From the NCBI GenBank assembly GCA_965220965.1, contig OZ244852.1, positions 2,432,001-2,496,000 on the forward strand: a stretch of DNA of 64,000 nt, written 5' to 3'. Every line of letters begins with the position of its first letter. Within the stretch, counting starts at the first letter, position 1. Of this stretch, positions 37,453 through 46,526 are shown in pieces. Source of the stretch: Candidatus Marinacidobacterium sp. GTDB lineage: Bacteria; Acidobacteriota; Vicinamibacteria; Marinacidobacterales; Marinacidobacteraceae. The notes beneath the pieces are model-generated. The model saw nothing but the letters and a program-made list of their open reading frames with translations. It was not told the origin of the DNA and did not search any database. The position numbers and the translations under genes are program-made.

Positions 37453-38982
37453 TTGTTCCAACCAGTAAAGCGCACCCGCGCGCCGCTCGGCGCGCTTCTC
37501 ATGAGCGGCGGTCTGCTGGCCGGGCTTCTCATCGTCCCGGCGTGCGGTTCCCCCGAACCGGTTCGGGCCAGGAACGTCATCCTGTTCGTCGGGGACGGGT
37601 TCGGCATGAATCATCTGGCTCTCGGATACGCAGCGGCGACCGAGCTGGACGGGCGTTCCTTCCGGATCACCGAACTGGGCGAGGCCGGCGTCACCGGCTA
37701 TTCCATGCCCTTCGCCTACGACCGGATCACGACCGACTCGGCGGCGGCGGCGTCTCAGATGGCGACCGGGCGCCGGGCGCTCGCCGAGACGCTGAGCGTG
37801 GACCCCGGGACCGCCGAACCGATCCCCACGGTTCTCGAATGGGCCGAGGAGGTCGGTCTCGCCACCGGGCTCGTGTCGAACATGTCGCTTACGCACGCCA
37901 CTCCGGCGGCGTTCAAGGTCCACGCCCGGTCGCGTTACGTTCCGGAATCGGAACTCGCCGATCAGCTCTTCGCGCCACCCGAGGTCGAGGTGCTGCTCGG
38001 CGGGGGCGGCCGCGCCATGGTCCCGGCCGGAACGAGCGTCTCGGCGAGCGTTCCCTCCGTCCGGGAAGGTGTTGACGGGACCTCGAACCGGGCCGACGAT
38101 CGCGATCTCATCGCGGAGGCCGCGGCGCGCGGCTACACCGTCGTCGGCGACCGCGCCGGACTCTCGGACGCCCGGGGCGCGCCGAGACTCCTGGGGATCT
38201 TCGCCGCGAGGCATCTCCCCTACGTCCTCGACCGCACCTATGAGGGGCTCGACGAGGCAGTGCCGACGCTGGCGGAACTCACCGACGCCGCGATCGCTTC
38301 GCTCGACGGCGCGGGCACCGGCTTCTTCCTCCTCGTGGAGGGCGGCCGGATCGACTACGCCGGTCACGACAACGACGCCGGCGCGATGCTGGCCGAAATC
38401 CATGATTTCGACGAGGCCGTGGGCGTAGCGTTCGATTTCGCGCGGGAGCGCACCGACACGCTGGTGCTCGTCACCGGCGACCACGGCACCGGCGGGTTCT
38501 CCTTCACTTACGGCCCCGGGGGACCAGGGCCACTGCCGGAGACGATCGCCTGGGATTACCGGGCGGGTCCGGAAATGGCCGGTCGCCGGCACCTCGAGCT
38601 GCTCTCCCGGCAGCGTCGGTCGCTGATCGAGGCCATGCAGGACGTGGAGCAGCCCGCCACGACCGCGTCCGTGCTTTCCGTAGTCGAGGACGCGACCGGG
38701 ATCCGGCTGACCGACGAGGAAGCGGCCGACCTCGCGGAGCAATTGAACCTCGATCAGCCGACCACCCGTGACTTCTCGACCTTCTACCTCGATTCGTTCT
38801 CGGTCCCGGTGGCACTCGCCGCCCGCAAACTGGGGAATCACACCCAGGTCGTCTGGTCCACCGGAGGCCACACCTCGGAGCCGGTGCTGCTGTTCGGCTT
38901 CGGGCCGGGCGCGGACGGCGTCGGTGGCTTCGCCCTGAACACCCGCGTCCACGACATCATCCGCCGCGCCCTCGGCGGCTGA
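37453..38982 (+). CDS. Alkaline phosphatase (PhoA type) lipoprotein
   Basis: VGDG, TDSAAAA (nucleophile Ser), THATPA, EGGRIDYAGH, TGDH, GGH; lipobox VPAC. Confidence 0.92.
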   Translation: MFQPVKRTRAPLGALLMSGGLLAGLLIVPACGSPEPVRARNVILFVGDGFGMNHLALGYAAATELDGRSFRITELGEAGVTGYSMPFAYDRITTDSAAAASQMATGRRALAETLSVDPGTAEPIPTVLEWAEEVGLATGLVSNMSLTHATPAAFKVHARSRYVPESELADQLFAPPEVEVLLGGGGRAMVPAGTSVSASVPSVREGVDGTSNRADDRDLIAEAAARGYTVVGDRAGLSDARGAPRLLGIFAARHLPYVLDRTYEGLDEAVPTLAELTDAAIASLDGAGTGFFLLVEGGRIDYAGHDNDAGAMLAEIHDFDEAVGVAFDFARERTDTLVLVTGDHGTGGFSFTYGPGGPGPLPETIAWDYRAGPEMAGRRHLELLSRQRRSLIEAMQDVEQPATTASVLSVVEDATGIRLTDEEAADLAEQLNLDQPTTRDFSTFYLDSFSVPVALAARKLGNHTQVVWSTGGHTSEPVLLFGFGPGADGVGGFALNTRVHDIIRRALGG

Positions 38983-39065
38983 ACTCCTCCCGGCGTGAGC
39001 GGGGTGGCCCCTTGGGCGTCGCTTCCCGCCGCCTGGCTGATGGGGCTGCCGTTACGATGGCGGCA

Positions 39066-40268
39066 ATGGATGCCCGGGCGATCACCAGGGTCGTCCTGCG
39101 CAACTACAAGAGCATTGGCGCCTGCGACGTGCGCCCCGAGCGGCTCACCCTGCTGGTGGGCGCGAACGGGTCGGGCAAGAGCAATTTCCTCGATGCCCTG
39201 AACTTCGTCGCCCAGGCGCTGCGCTTCTCGCTCGAGCATGCGCTTCGGGAGCGCGGTGGAATCGGGGACGTGCGTCGCCGATCCCGCGGTCATCCGAACC
39301 ACTTCTCGATCGGGCTTCAGATGAGCCTGGCCGAGGGCAAGGCCTCCTACGATGTCCGCCTTGGCGCGCGGCCTCGGGGCGAGTACCGGGTTCAGCACGA
39401 AGAGTGTCGGGTGCAGTCGACGGATCCCGCGAAGAGTGGCTACTTCATCGTCCGCGATGGCGAGATCACCGACGCCTTCACCGGCCAGCTTCCTCCGGTC
39501 GGCGGGTCCGACCGGCTGTACCTGCTGGCGGCGTCGAGTCACCCGGTGTTTCGGCCGGTCTACGACCTGCTGTCGAAGATGGCCTTCTACAACCTGGAGC
39601 CGCGTCGGATCCGGGATCTGCAGCCCTCGGCGCCGGCGGATCTCCTGAATCCCGACGGCGGCAACATCGCGAGCGTTTTCGCCGCTCTTCAGTCGCGGGA
39701 CCCGGCGCGCGCCGAACGAATCGTCCGGTATGTGTCGTCGATCGCTCCGGGCACGGTGGGGGTGGAGACCAGGGCTTTCGGACACATGCTGACCCTCGAG
39801 TTTCGCCAGCGCGTCCGCGGCGACGAACACCCGTGGCGGTTCCTGGCGCACAACGTGTCGGATGGAACACTGCGCGCGTTCGGAGTCCTCGTCGCTCTGC
39901 ACCAGAACGGCGCCGGCGCTTCCCCAGCGGGCCGGGTCGTGGGCATTGAAGAGCCCGAGAACGCACTGCATCCGGCTGCCGCGGAGACGCTGATGGATGT
40001 CCTTCTGGAGGCCAGTCAACAGACCCAGGTATTCGTCACGACGCATAGCGCGGACCTGCTGGACCAGAAGGCGCTTCCCGTGGATTCCCTGCTGGCGGTG
40101 GCGACCGAAGACGGCGCCACCAGATTGGCCCCCGTGGATGAGAGGGGCCGGGAGATCCTCAAGGACGGGCTGTCGACGCCCGGCGAACTGCTGCGCATGG
40201 ATCTCCTCCAGCCGGCGCCGGGCGAGGCTTCGACTTCTCCCACAGGCCTCTTCGCGCCGTTGACCTGA
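39066..40268 (+). CDS. ABC-type (AAA_21/SMC-like) ATPase
   Basis: NYKSI, GANGSGKSN, VSDGTLR, IEEPE, TTHS. Confidence 0.9.
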   Translation: MDARAITRVVLRNYKSIGACDVRPERLTLLVGANGSGKSNFLDALNFVAQALRFSLEHALRERGGIGDVRRRSRGHPNHFSIGLQMSLAEGKASYDVRLGARPRGEYRVQHEECRVQSTDPAKSGYFIVRDGEITDAFTGQLPPVGGSDRLYLLAASSHPVFRPVYDLLSKMAFYNLEPRRIRDLQPSAPADLLNPDGGNIASVFAALQSRDPARAERIVRYVSSIAPGTVGVETRAFGHMLTLEFRQRVRGDEHPWRFLAHNVSDGTLRAFGVLVALHQNGAGASPAGRVVGIEEPENALHPAAAETLMDVLLEASQQTQVFVTTHSADLLDQKALPVDSLLAVATEDGATRLAPVDERGREILKDGLSTPGELLRMDLLQPAPGEASTSPTGLFAPLT

Positions 40269-40271
40269 TTC

Positions 40272-40859
40272 GTGCCCGAGACGGTCTGCATCGTCCCGAT
40301 CGTTGAAGGCAGGGGAGAGGTGGCTGCTACGCCGATTCTCATTCGGCGGATCGCGGAGGCTGTGGCGCCGTCCGTAACCGTGATGGTGCGTCCGCCGATT
40401 CGGGTCCCCCGCGATCGCTTTCTCCGGAAGGACGGCGAACTCGAGCGCTATCTCGACATGGCCGTCGTCCACGGCGGCGGCGAGGCGGGCATCCTCATCC
40501 TCCTTGACGCCGACAGCGACTGCCCCGGAGCTCTTGGCCCCGAGGTGTTGGAGCGCGCGTCAACGGCTCGTCCGGACAAGAACATTGCGGTCGTCTTCGC
40601 CAAGTGCGAATACGAGACCTGGTTCCTCGCGGCGCTCGAATCCCTGACGCCCGGGTCGGCGCAACCTCCGGATGATGTCGAGGCGATCCGCGGCGCCAAG
40701 GAAAGGCTACGGAGGCTGATGCAGTCGCAGTACAGCCCGACAGCTGACCAGGCCAGGTTGACCGCGCGTTTCGACATGAGCGTCGCCCGTTCGCGTTCGC
40801 GATCGTTCGACAAGCTCTGGCGCGCAGTGGAACAGCTGATGGCGGTGAGTTCCGCCTGA
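40272..40859 (+). CDS. DUF4276-like TOPRIM-fold protein
   Basis: IVEGRGE, LLDADSD, EYETWFLA, SRSFDK. Confidence 0.8.
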   Translation: MPETVCIVPIVEGRGEVAATPILIRRIAEAVAPSVTVMVRPPIRVPRDRFLRKDGELERYLDMAVVHGGGEAGILILLDADSDCPGALGPEVLERASTARPDKNIAVVFAKCEYETWFLAALESLTPGSAQPPDDVEAIRGAKERLRRLMQSQYSPTADQARLTARFDMSVARSRSRSFDKLWRAVEQLMAVSSA

Positions 40860-41078
40860 CGGCTTCGGCGCGCTCGCCGGAATCACCCGGCGATCAGGGC
40901 GCGCGCCTCATGTGGACGGTGAGGGCGCCGAACCGTTTGTCCGGGGTGACGATCTGGCAGAGGCTGGTTTCGCCACGGCCGACATCGGGCTCATGGCTCC
41001 GGAGCTGGACCCACTTCAGCAGCCACACCGTGCTCCAGGCTCCCCGCCCAGTCGCCGACGCCGTGGCCGGCTTCCGGA

Positions 41079-41885
41079 TCATCGGGTCCGTCTCCCGTGT
41101 TGGCCTGGTGGTTCGTTGTCCGCCCCGCCAGTCCCCGCCACCAGACTGGCGTCGGAGCGGAGCCGGCGAAGGAGGCGAGAGGCGCCGAGTTCCGGGGCAT
41201 CCACCAGGCGCCGCGCCGCGAGGTTCGTGACGAGGGCGACCGCGAAGCTGACTCCGGAGAAGTTCCGTTCTTTCGGAAGCGGCGGCAGGGGCCGCGCCCA
41301 GGGGGCGGCGACCAGGGTGTCGCCGCGACGGCGGAAGTCTCCCCGCTCCAGTTGATCGTCCGTCTCCACTCCCAGGAGTCCGGGAACGCCATCGAGGCAT
41401 CCGGGGACGAGGGGAGCGCCGCGAGTCGAGGCCGGCGCGATCACGACGCCTCCGGCTTCGCCGGCCTCCTCGACCGCGGCGCGCAGGCGCGCCTCGCCAT
41501 CATCATCGGATCCGACCGGAAGTCCGGCGCTCAGGTTCACCAGACGCGCTCCCCGCGAGATCGCCCACCCGATGCCGGCCGCGAGACAGACCGGGGGCGC
41601 ATCCAGCCGCCTTCCGAAGACGCGCACCGAGAGCAGCTCGAAGCGGGCCTCGGGAAGCCCTTCCGATACAGCGGCCGCCACGGCGGTCCCGTGCCCGATG
41701 CGATCCGCCCAGTCCGCCGGGTGGTGTTCCCCGAGGACCCGCGCGCCGCCGTCCAGTCCGGGGCCGATCCACGCCCCGCCCGCGACCGGCCCCACCTGGC
41801 GATGCGCCGGGTTGATCCCGCTGTCGACGACCGCGATCCGCAGGCGAGGACCTGCGGGGCGGCGTTCCTCCCCGCCTACTCCCAT
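41079..41885 (-). CDS. qhpE: Subtilisin-like leader peptidase of QHNDH biogenesis
   Basis: VVDSG, GHGT, GVSFA triad; no signal peptide; directly downstream of the qhp ABC gene. Confidence 0.8.
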   Translation of the reverse strand: MGVGGEERRPAGPRLRIAVVDSGINPAHRQVGPVAGGAWIGPGLDGGARVLGEHHPADWADRIGHGTAVAAAVSEGLPEARFELLSVRVFGRRLDAPPVCLAAGIGWAISRGARLVNLSAGLPVGSDDDGEARLRAAVEEAGEAGGVVIAPASTRGAPLVPGCLDGVPGLLGVETDDQLERGDFRRRGDTLVAAPWARPLPPLPKERNFSGVSFAVALVTNLAARRLVDAPELGASRLLRRLRSDASLVAGTGGADNEPPGQHGRRTR

Positions 41886-43624
41886 TCGGGGTGCGGACGG
41901 ATCCGGCCGTCCTCGAGCTGCATCACGCGGTCCGCGGCGTCCGCAAACGCGCGGCGGTGGGTCATGACGAGCGCGGTCCGCGCCCGGAGCCAGGGAGTGA
42001 GCCGGCGGACCAGGAGGATTTCTGTCTCCTCGTCCAGGGCGGATGTCGGTTCGTCGAGCAGGACGAGGGCCGGGTCGGCGAGCACCGCGCGCGCCACCGC
42101 GATCCGTTGCCGCTGCCCGGCGGAGAGGTTCTGCCCGCGCTCCTCCACCGGGGTGGCGAGTCCCTCGGGCAGTTCCGCCACGAAGTCGTCGAGCGCCGCG
42201 AGCCGCACCGCGCGGAGCAGGTCGGCGCCGGTGGCGTCCGGACGTCCATAGCGGAGGTTCTCGGCCAGGTCCCCGCGCCACAGGAACGGCTCCTGTTCCA
42301 CGAGCGCGATCCGGCTGCGCAGCTCCCTCAGCGCGAACTGGCGGATGTCCTCGCCTCCCCACAGGATCCGTCCCTCGTCCGGGTCGAGACGGCGAAGGAG
42401 CAGGTCGGTGAGCGTCGTCTTGCCCACGCCGCTCGATCCCATGAGCACCGTCAGGGCGCCTGGTTCCAGGTCGAGCGCGGCCCGGTCGAGCACCCGGGCT
42501 TCGCCGCGCCCGTAGGAGAGGCTCGCCCCTTCAACGCGAACGCTCCCCGAGAGCCGCTCCGCCGGAAGTGGACTCTCCGGCTCCTCGACCGCGACCGGCT
42601 CGTCCAGCAGTTCGAACACCCGCTCGAACGAGGCCCGCGCCGCCCGCAGCCCCAGATACTGGCCGAGCAACCCCTGGACGGGCCCGAACAGCCGCGTCTG
42701 GTATGTCATCGCTGCGCCAAGCGTTCCCAGCGTGAGATCGCCCTCGATGACGCGCCATCCTCCCCAGAGGAACGCGGCGGCCCCGGCGAGGGCGACGAGC
42801 GAGGCCGGAAGCCCCGACGCGACGTACGTCGTCCGGCGGGCGTCGAGCAGCCTGATGATGAACCGGTCGTTCTCGCTGCGGAACCGGGCCGCCTCCCGGG
42901 CTTCCTGGCCGAACGCCACCGTCTGTCGCATGCCCAGAACCGACTCCACCAGCGCGCTCCCCACCGAGGCGCCGGCCTCCCGCAGGTGGCGGTTCTGGTC
43001 GGTCACCCGCTCGCGCAACCGCTTGAGCATCAGCCCGGCCGCCGGAAGGACGACGACCGCCGGGACGAGGAGTTCCGGGGCCAGCGCCGCCAGCAGCCCG
43101 GTCGCGACAATCAGCGAGATCAGGTTGGACGACGCCCCGAGGAGCAGGTCCCCGGCGGTTCGCTGGAGCTCGGAGACATCTGCATTCAGGCGCGACAGCA
43201 CGTCCCCGGTCCGGGACCGGACGAAGAACCGGGGCGAGAGCTGCTGGAGTCTCCGGTAGACCAGAAGCCGCAGATCGAAGAGAGCTCGAGCCGAGAGGCT
43301 CACGTACCAGTAGCCCGAGAGCGACGTCAGGACCAGCCCTCCGACCTGAAGCCCGACCATGAGCGCGGCCAGGCGCACGAGGAGCCCGAAGTCCCCCCCG
43401 AGGAGGGCGGTGTCCAGGATGGGGACGAGGAGGAGCGGCCAGAGCAGACCCGGCGCGGCGGCGACGAGCGAGAGCGCCATGACGCCCGGCAGCCGCCGCC
43501 AGTAGGGAAGCGTCAGCCGGAAAGCCCGGCGGTAGATGCCCGGGCCGCCGGAGCCCGGCGCCGCGATCCGGCGCGCTCCCGGCGGGTTGCGGTCCGGCGC
43601 GACCGTCCGGCCGGAGTCCTTCAG
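41876..43624 (-). CDS. qhpF: ABC exporter (TMD+NBD) of QHNDH biogenesis
   Basis: GSSGVGKT, LSAGQRQR, LLDEPT. Frame open from CTG 43624; first ATG at 43480. Confidence 0.82.
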   Translation of the reverse strand: MKDSGRTVAPDRNPPGARRIAAPGSGGPGIYRRAFRLTLPYWRRLPGVMALSLVAAAPGLLWPLLLVPILDTALLGGDFGLLVRLAALMVGLQVGGLVLTSLSGYWYVSLSARALFDLRLLVYRRLQQLSPRFFVRSRTGDVLSRLNADVSELQRTAGDLLLGASSNLISLIVATGLLAALAPELLVPAVVVLPAAGLMLKRLRERVTDQNRHLREAGASVGSALVESVLGMRQTVAFGQEAREAARFRSENDRFIIRLLDARRTTYVASGLPASLVALAGAAAFLWGGWRVIEGDLTLGTLGAAMTYQTRLFGPVQGLLGQYLGLRAARASFERVFELLDEPVAVEEPESPLPAERLSGSVRVEGASLSYGRGEARVLDRAALDLEPGALTVLMGSSGVGKTTLTDLLLRRLDPDEGRILWGGEDIRQFALRELRSRIALVEQEPFLWRGDLAENLRYGRPDATGADLLRAVRLAALDDFVAELPEGLATPVEERGQNLSAGQRQRIAVARAVLADPALVLLDEPTSALDEETEILLVRRLTPWLRARTALVMTHRRAFADAADRVMQLEDGRIRPHPEWE

Positions 43625-43631
43625 CGCGAGG

Positions 43632-44750
43632 TCAGTTTCCCGCGGCTCCCCGGTAGCGGAGCTCGCGGGGAGCGATCATGAAGTCGCCGCCGGCGAAGAT
43701 CTCGGTCTCGCGCTCGAGCGTCTCCGCGTCGTATACGTACATCGTGTCCCCGACTCCCGAAACGAAGAGCCGCTGACCGTCCGCGGAGACGATCATCGAG
43801 ATGTTCGTGCGCCCCCGCTCGAACCCCTTGCGCCGCAGCAGGACCTGCTTCGACTCCATGTCGAGCACCGCCGCGTCGCTGAGTCCGGCGTAGCCCCGCT
43901 TCCCGTCGGGGGAGAGCGCGAAGTGGCTCAGCCGCATCCCCGGACCGAGTTCGTAGTGGGTGAAGGTCATCTCGGGAAGGCGGATTTCCAGCAGGCCGAA
44001 CAGGTCCATTCCCTGGAGCGGCTCGGTCGTGCGGTAAAGGCCGAACAGGCGACCGGGCCCGATAACGCTCAGGCTGTGTCCGCGAACGCCGCCGTAGCCC
44101 GGAGCGAGCGGCTGATCCAGCGCCACCCGCCGCTTCTCCTCGAGCGTCTCCGCATCGAGTTCCACGATCTCCTGGTTCACGAAGAAGAGCGACGATCCGT
44201 CCGGGCTGAAGTGGATGTTGGGGCGCCAGTCGTCCGCATCGCCGAGGGGGATCCGCCCGGTCACTTCCCGGCTGGTTCGGTCGAACACCCAGACCTCGGA
44301 GGGGGTGGCGTGGTGGAACCGGTCCGGGAGCAGGTCCACGACGATCGGAACGAGGAAGATCCGGTTCCCGTCGGGACTCGGGGTGGCGCTCATGAAGCGC
44401 ACCCGCTGCGTCTCGGTGCTCAGGCGGAAGTCGTCCACGACCGCCATCTCGGCGGCGTCGAAGATCTCCACCGCCTCCATGCGGCCGGTGACGAACGTGA
44501 AGAAGCGGCTGTCGGCCGTCCGGTTCTGGTTCGTCGCGGCGCCGTGGCGAAGCTTGCCGATCTTCTCGAAAGCGAGGGCCTGCTGGTCGAAGGTGATCAG
44601 CTCGTCGGGCCAGATGCCGGCGAGGAACCGGTTGGGCTCCTGGGCCGAGGCGGAAGCCGCCGCAAGCAGGGTCGCTGCGAGTCCGAAGGAGAAGCGATGG
44701 CGCATGGGTGCGGAGGAGAGGGGGTGGGCCGGATCGGGGCGACGGCTCAT
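43632..44750 (-). CDS. qhpB: Quinohemoprotein amine dehydrogenase beta subunit (beta-propeller)
   Basis: Signal peptide, SPDG propeller repeats, YDAETLE; ATGA-coupled to qhpC. Confidence 0.75.
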   Translation of the reverse strand: MSRRPDPAHPLSSAPMRHRFSFGLAATLLAAASASAQEPNRFLAGIWPDELITFDQQALAFEKIGKLRHGAATNQNRTADSRFFTFVTGRMEAVEIFDAAEMAVVDDFRLSTETQRVRFMSATPSPDGNRIFLVPIVVDLLPDRFHHATPSEVWVFDRTSREVTGRIPLGDADDWRPNIHFSPDGSSLFFVNQEIVELDAETLEEKRRVALDQPLAPGYGGVRGHSLSVIGPGRLFGLYRTTEPLQGMDLFGLLEIRLPEMTFTHYELGPGMRLSHFALSPDGKRGYAGLSDAAVLDMESKQVLLRRKGFERGRTNISMIVSADGQRLFVSGVGDTMYVYDAETLERETEIFAGGDFMIAPRELRYRGAAGN

Positions 44751-45073
44751 GGGAAGATCAGGTCGATCTCCCGCCAGTCCTGGGTCGCCGAGGCGCAGTT
44801 CTTGTGCCAGTCGGGGCTGTTGTTCAGGTAGTCGGGAACCTGGGCCGGCCAGTAGCAGGTCTTGTAGCAGTCGTACAGATCCCGCTCCATCGGCTGGCAG
44901 AGCGCCGCCGTTCCACCGGTGGAGTCGACTTCCCAGCCCGGCGAGAAGATCGTGGTGCAGCCCGCCGGGTAGTGCGGGCCCGGATCGTCGGCGGTGGCGC
45001 GGGCGGCGCCCCCTTCCCGGAGCCAGTCGGTGGCGAACCGGGCCTTGAGGTTCTTCGGAGCCAGGTGTTTCAT
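44747..45073 (-). CDS. qhpC: Quinohemoprotein amine dehydrogenase gamma subunit (CTQ precursor)
   Basis: MKHL leader; GCTTIFSPGWEVD, LCQPMERDLYDCYKTCYWPAQVPD, DWR...FP. Confidence 0.95.
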   Translation of the reverse strand: MKHLAPKNLKARFATDWLREGGAARATADDPGPHYPAGCTTIFSPGWEVDSTGGTAALCQPMERDLYDCYKTCYWPAQVPDYLNNSPDWHKNCASATQDWREIDLIFP

Positions 45074-45083
45074 GTTGCGTCTC

Positions 45084-46526
45084 CTACGGTGTCTGCCGCA
45101 CCGCCTGCAGCATTCCTTCGAAGCGTTTCAGGAACTGGGGGCGGCGGTCCAGAATCCGGCCGTAAGCCGAGAGCCCGAGCGCGGTCCAGTCGCGGATCCA
45201 GTCGCAGTAGTGAAGGTTGGGGCGAAACCGGTCGCCGTAGCGCACCTGCGCCTCGTGATAGCAGCCTCCCGAGCACAGGCTTCGGACCCAGCACTGGCTG
45301 CAGTCGGTCCGGGCGTCGATGTGCGCCTTCTTCAGGTGTTCCGCCCGGAGGTCCTGGTCGATCCCGGTGGCCACATGGCCGAGGTCGTGGTCTCCCGACC
45401 CCGCAAACCGGTGGCAGAGACCGACCTCGCCGCCGGGGGCGACGCCCACCAGCCCCAGCCCGGCGCCACAGGGGTACGCCTTGCTGACCCCCTCGTGGAT
45501 TTCGCCGAGGAGATCGCTCAGGTTGGAAAACCCCAGATAGCGGCCCTCGGCCGCCGCCTCGACGTAGGCGTCCGCCAGATCCCGGAACTGGTCCAGCAGG
45601 TCGTCGAACCCGTCCTCGCCCAGGGCGTAGTCCTGGTCCGGGGAGGAGGTCACCGGCGCGAACCCGACCTCGTAGAAGCCCAGCCCGATGAGGTGATCGA
45701 AGATCCGCCGCACGTCGAGGTTCTTCGCCGTGATCGTGACCCGGGCGCCGACCGGCCGCTTCTGGAGCTTCAGGAAGGTCTCGATCCGCGGGGCGATGAC
45801 GTCGTAGCTGCCCATCCCGCTGGAGTAGGTGCGCATCGAGTCCTGGAACTCTTTCGGGCCGTCCACCGAGATCGTGACGCCGATCCCGTTCTCGGCGATC
45901 CACTCGGAGATCTCGCGCGTCAGCAATGTGGCGTTCGTCGTGAGGCTGAAGTCCACCCGCTTCCCGGCGAGCCGCGCCTGCTCCCTCGCGTACTCGACGG
46001 TGGGGCGGATCACCCGCCAGTTCAGCAACGTCTCGCCCCCGAAGAACGTCACCTGCAGATCCTTCGCGTTCCCGGAGTCGGTGATCAGGCGATCCACCGA
46101 CTGCCGGGCGACCTCCTCGGTCATCGCCGCGGGAACCTCGGCCTCCGCGATCCGGTCGTCGCCGTACTCGTAGCAGTAGCGACAGGCGAGGTTGCAGGAG
46201 TTCGTGATGTTCAGCACCACCGTCCGGATCGGAGGCGGCTCGTTCACTTCCTGGAGACCGCCGATCGGGATCAGCGGGGCGCCCTGACGGACCACGGCGC
46301 CAACCCCGGCGAGCTCGCGCAGCGCGTCCTGCTCCTCGGTCGTCCGGGCCACCGCCGCCGGCGGCCGCGGTCCATCGCCGAGGCGATCCAGGATCCGCTC
46401 GGTCGTCCCGTCCAGCTCGAAGATCATCGATGAGGGGACGAGGAAGGCGTAGTTCCGCTCCCCCCCGCTGAAGCGGTGCATCTGGCTGGCTTCGACCAGA
46501 CTCGGGGTGGTCTGCGGAGCGCTCAT
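45084..46526 (-). CDS. qhpD: Radical SAM/SPASM thioether-forming maturase
   Basis: CNLACRYC, FFGGE, YPCGAG...CHRF...CSQC...CSGGCYHE; N-terminal RRE-like region. Confidence 0.93.
   Translation of the reverse strand: MSAPQTTPSLVEASQMHRFSGGERNYAFLVPSSMIFELDGTTERILDRLGDGPRPPAAVARTTEEQDALRELAGVGAVVRQGAPLIPIGGLQEVNEPPPIRTVVLNITNSCNLACRYCYEYGDDRIAEAEVPAAMTEEVARQSVDRLITDSGNAKDLQVTFFGGETLLNWRVIRPTVEYAREQARLAGKRVDFSLTTNATLLTREISEWIAENGIGVTISVDGPKEFQDSMRTYSSGMGSYDVIAPRIETFLKLQKRPVGARVTITAKNLDVRRIFDHLIGLGFYEVGFAPVTSSPDQDYALGEDGFDDLLDQFRDLADAYVEAAAEGRYLGFSNLSDLLGEIHEGVSKAYPCGAGLGLVGVAPGGEVGLCHRFAGSGDHDLGHVATGIDQDLRAEHLKKAHIDARTDCSQCWVRSLCSGGCYHEAQVRYGDRFRPNLHYCDWIRDWTALGLSAYGRILDRRPQFLKRFEGMLQAVRQTP

Noticed and set aside
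44747-46526. Novel antimicrobial ranthipeptide/sactipeptide cluster
   Set aside because: The peptide and rSAM match QhpC/QhpD and are flanked by alpha and beta subunits; this is an enzyme cofactor system.
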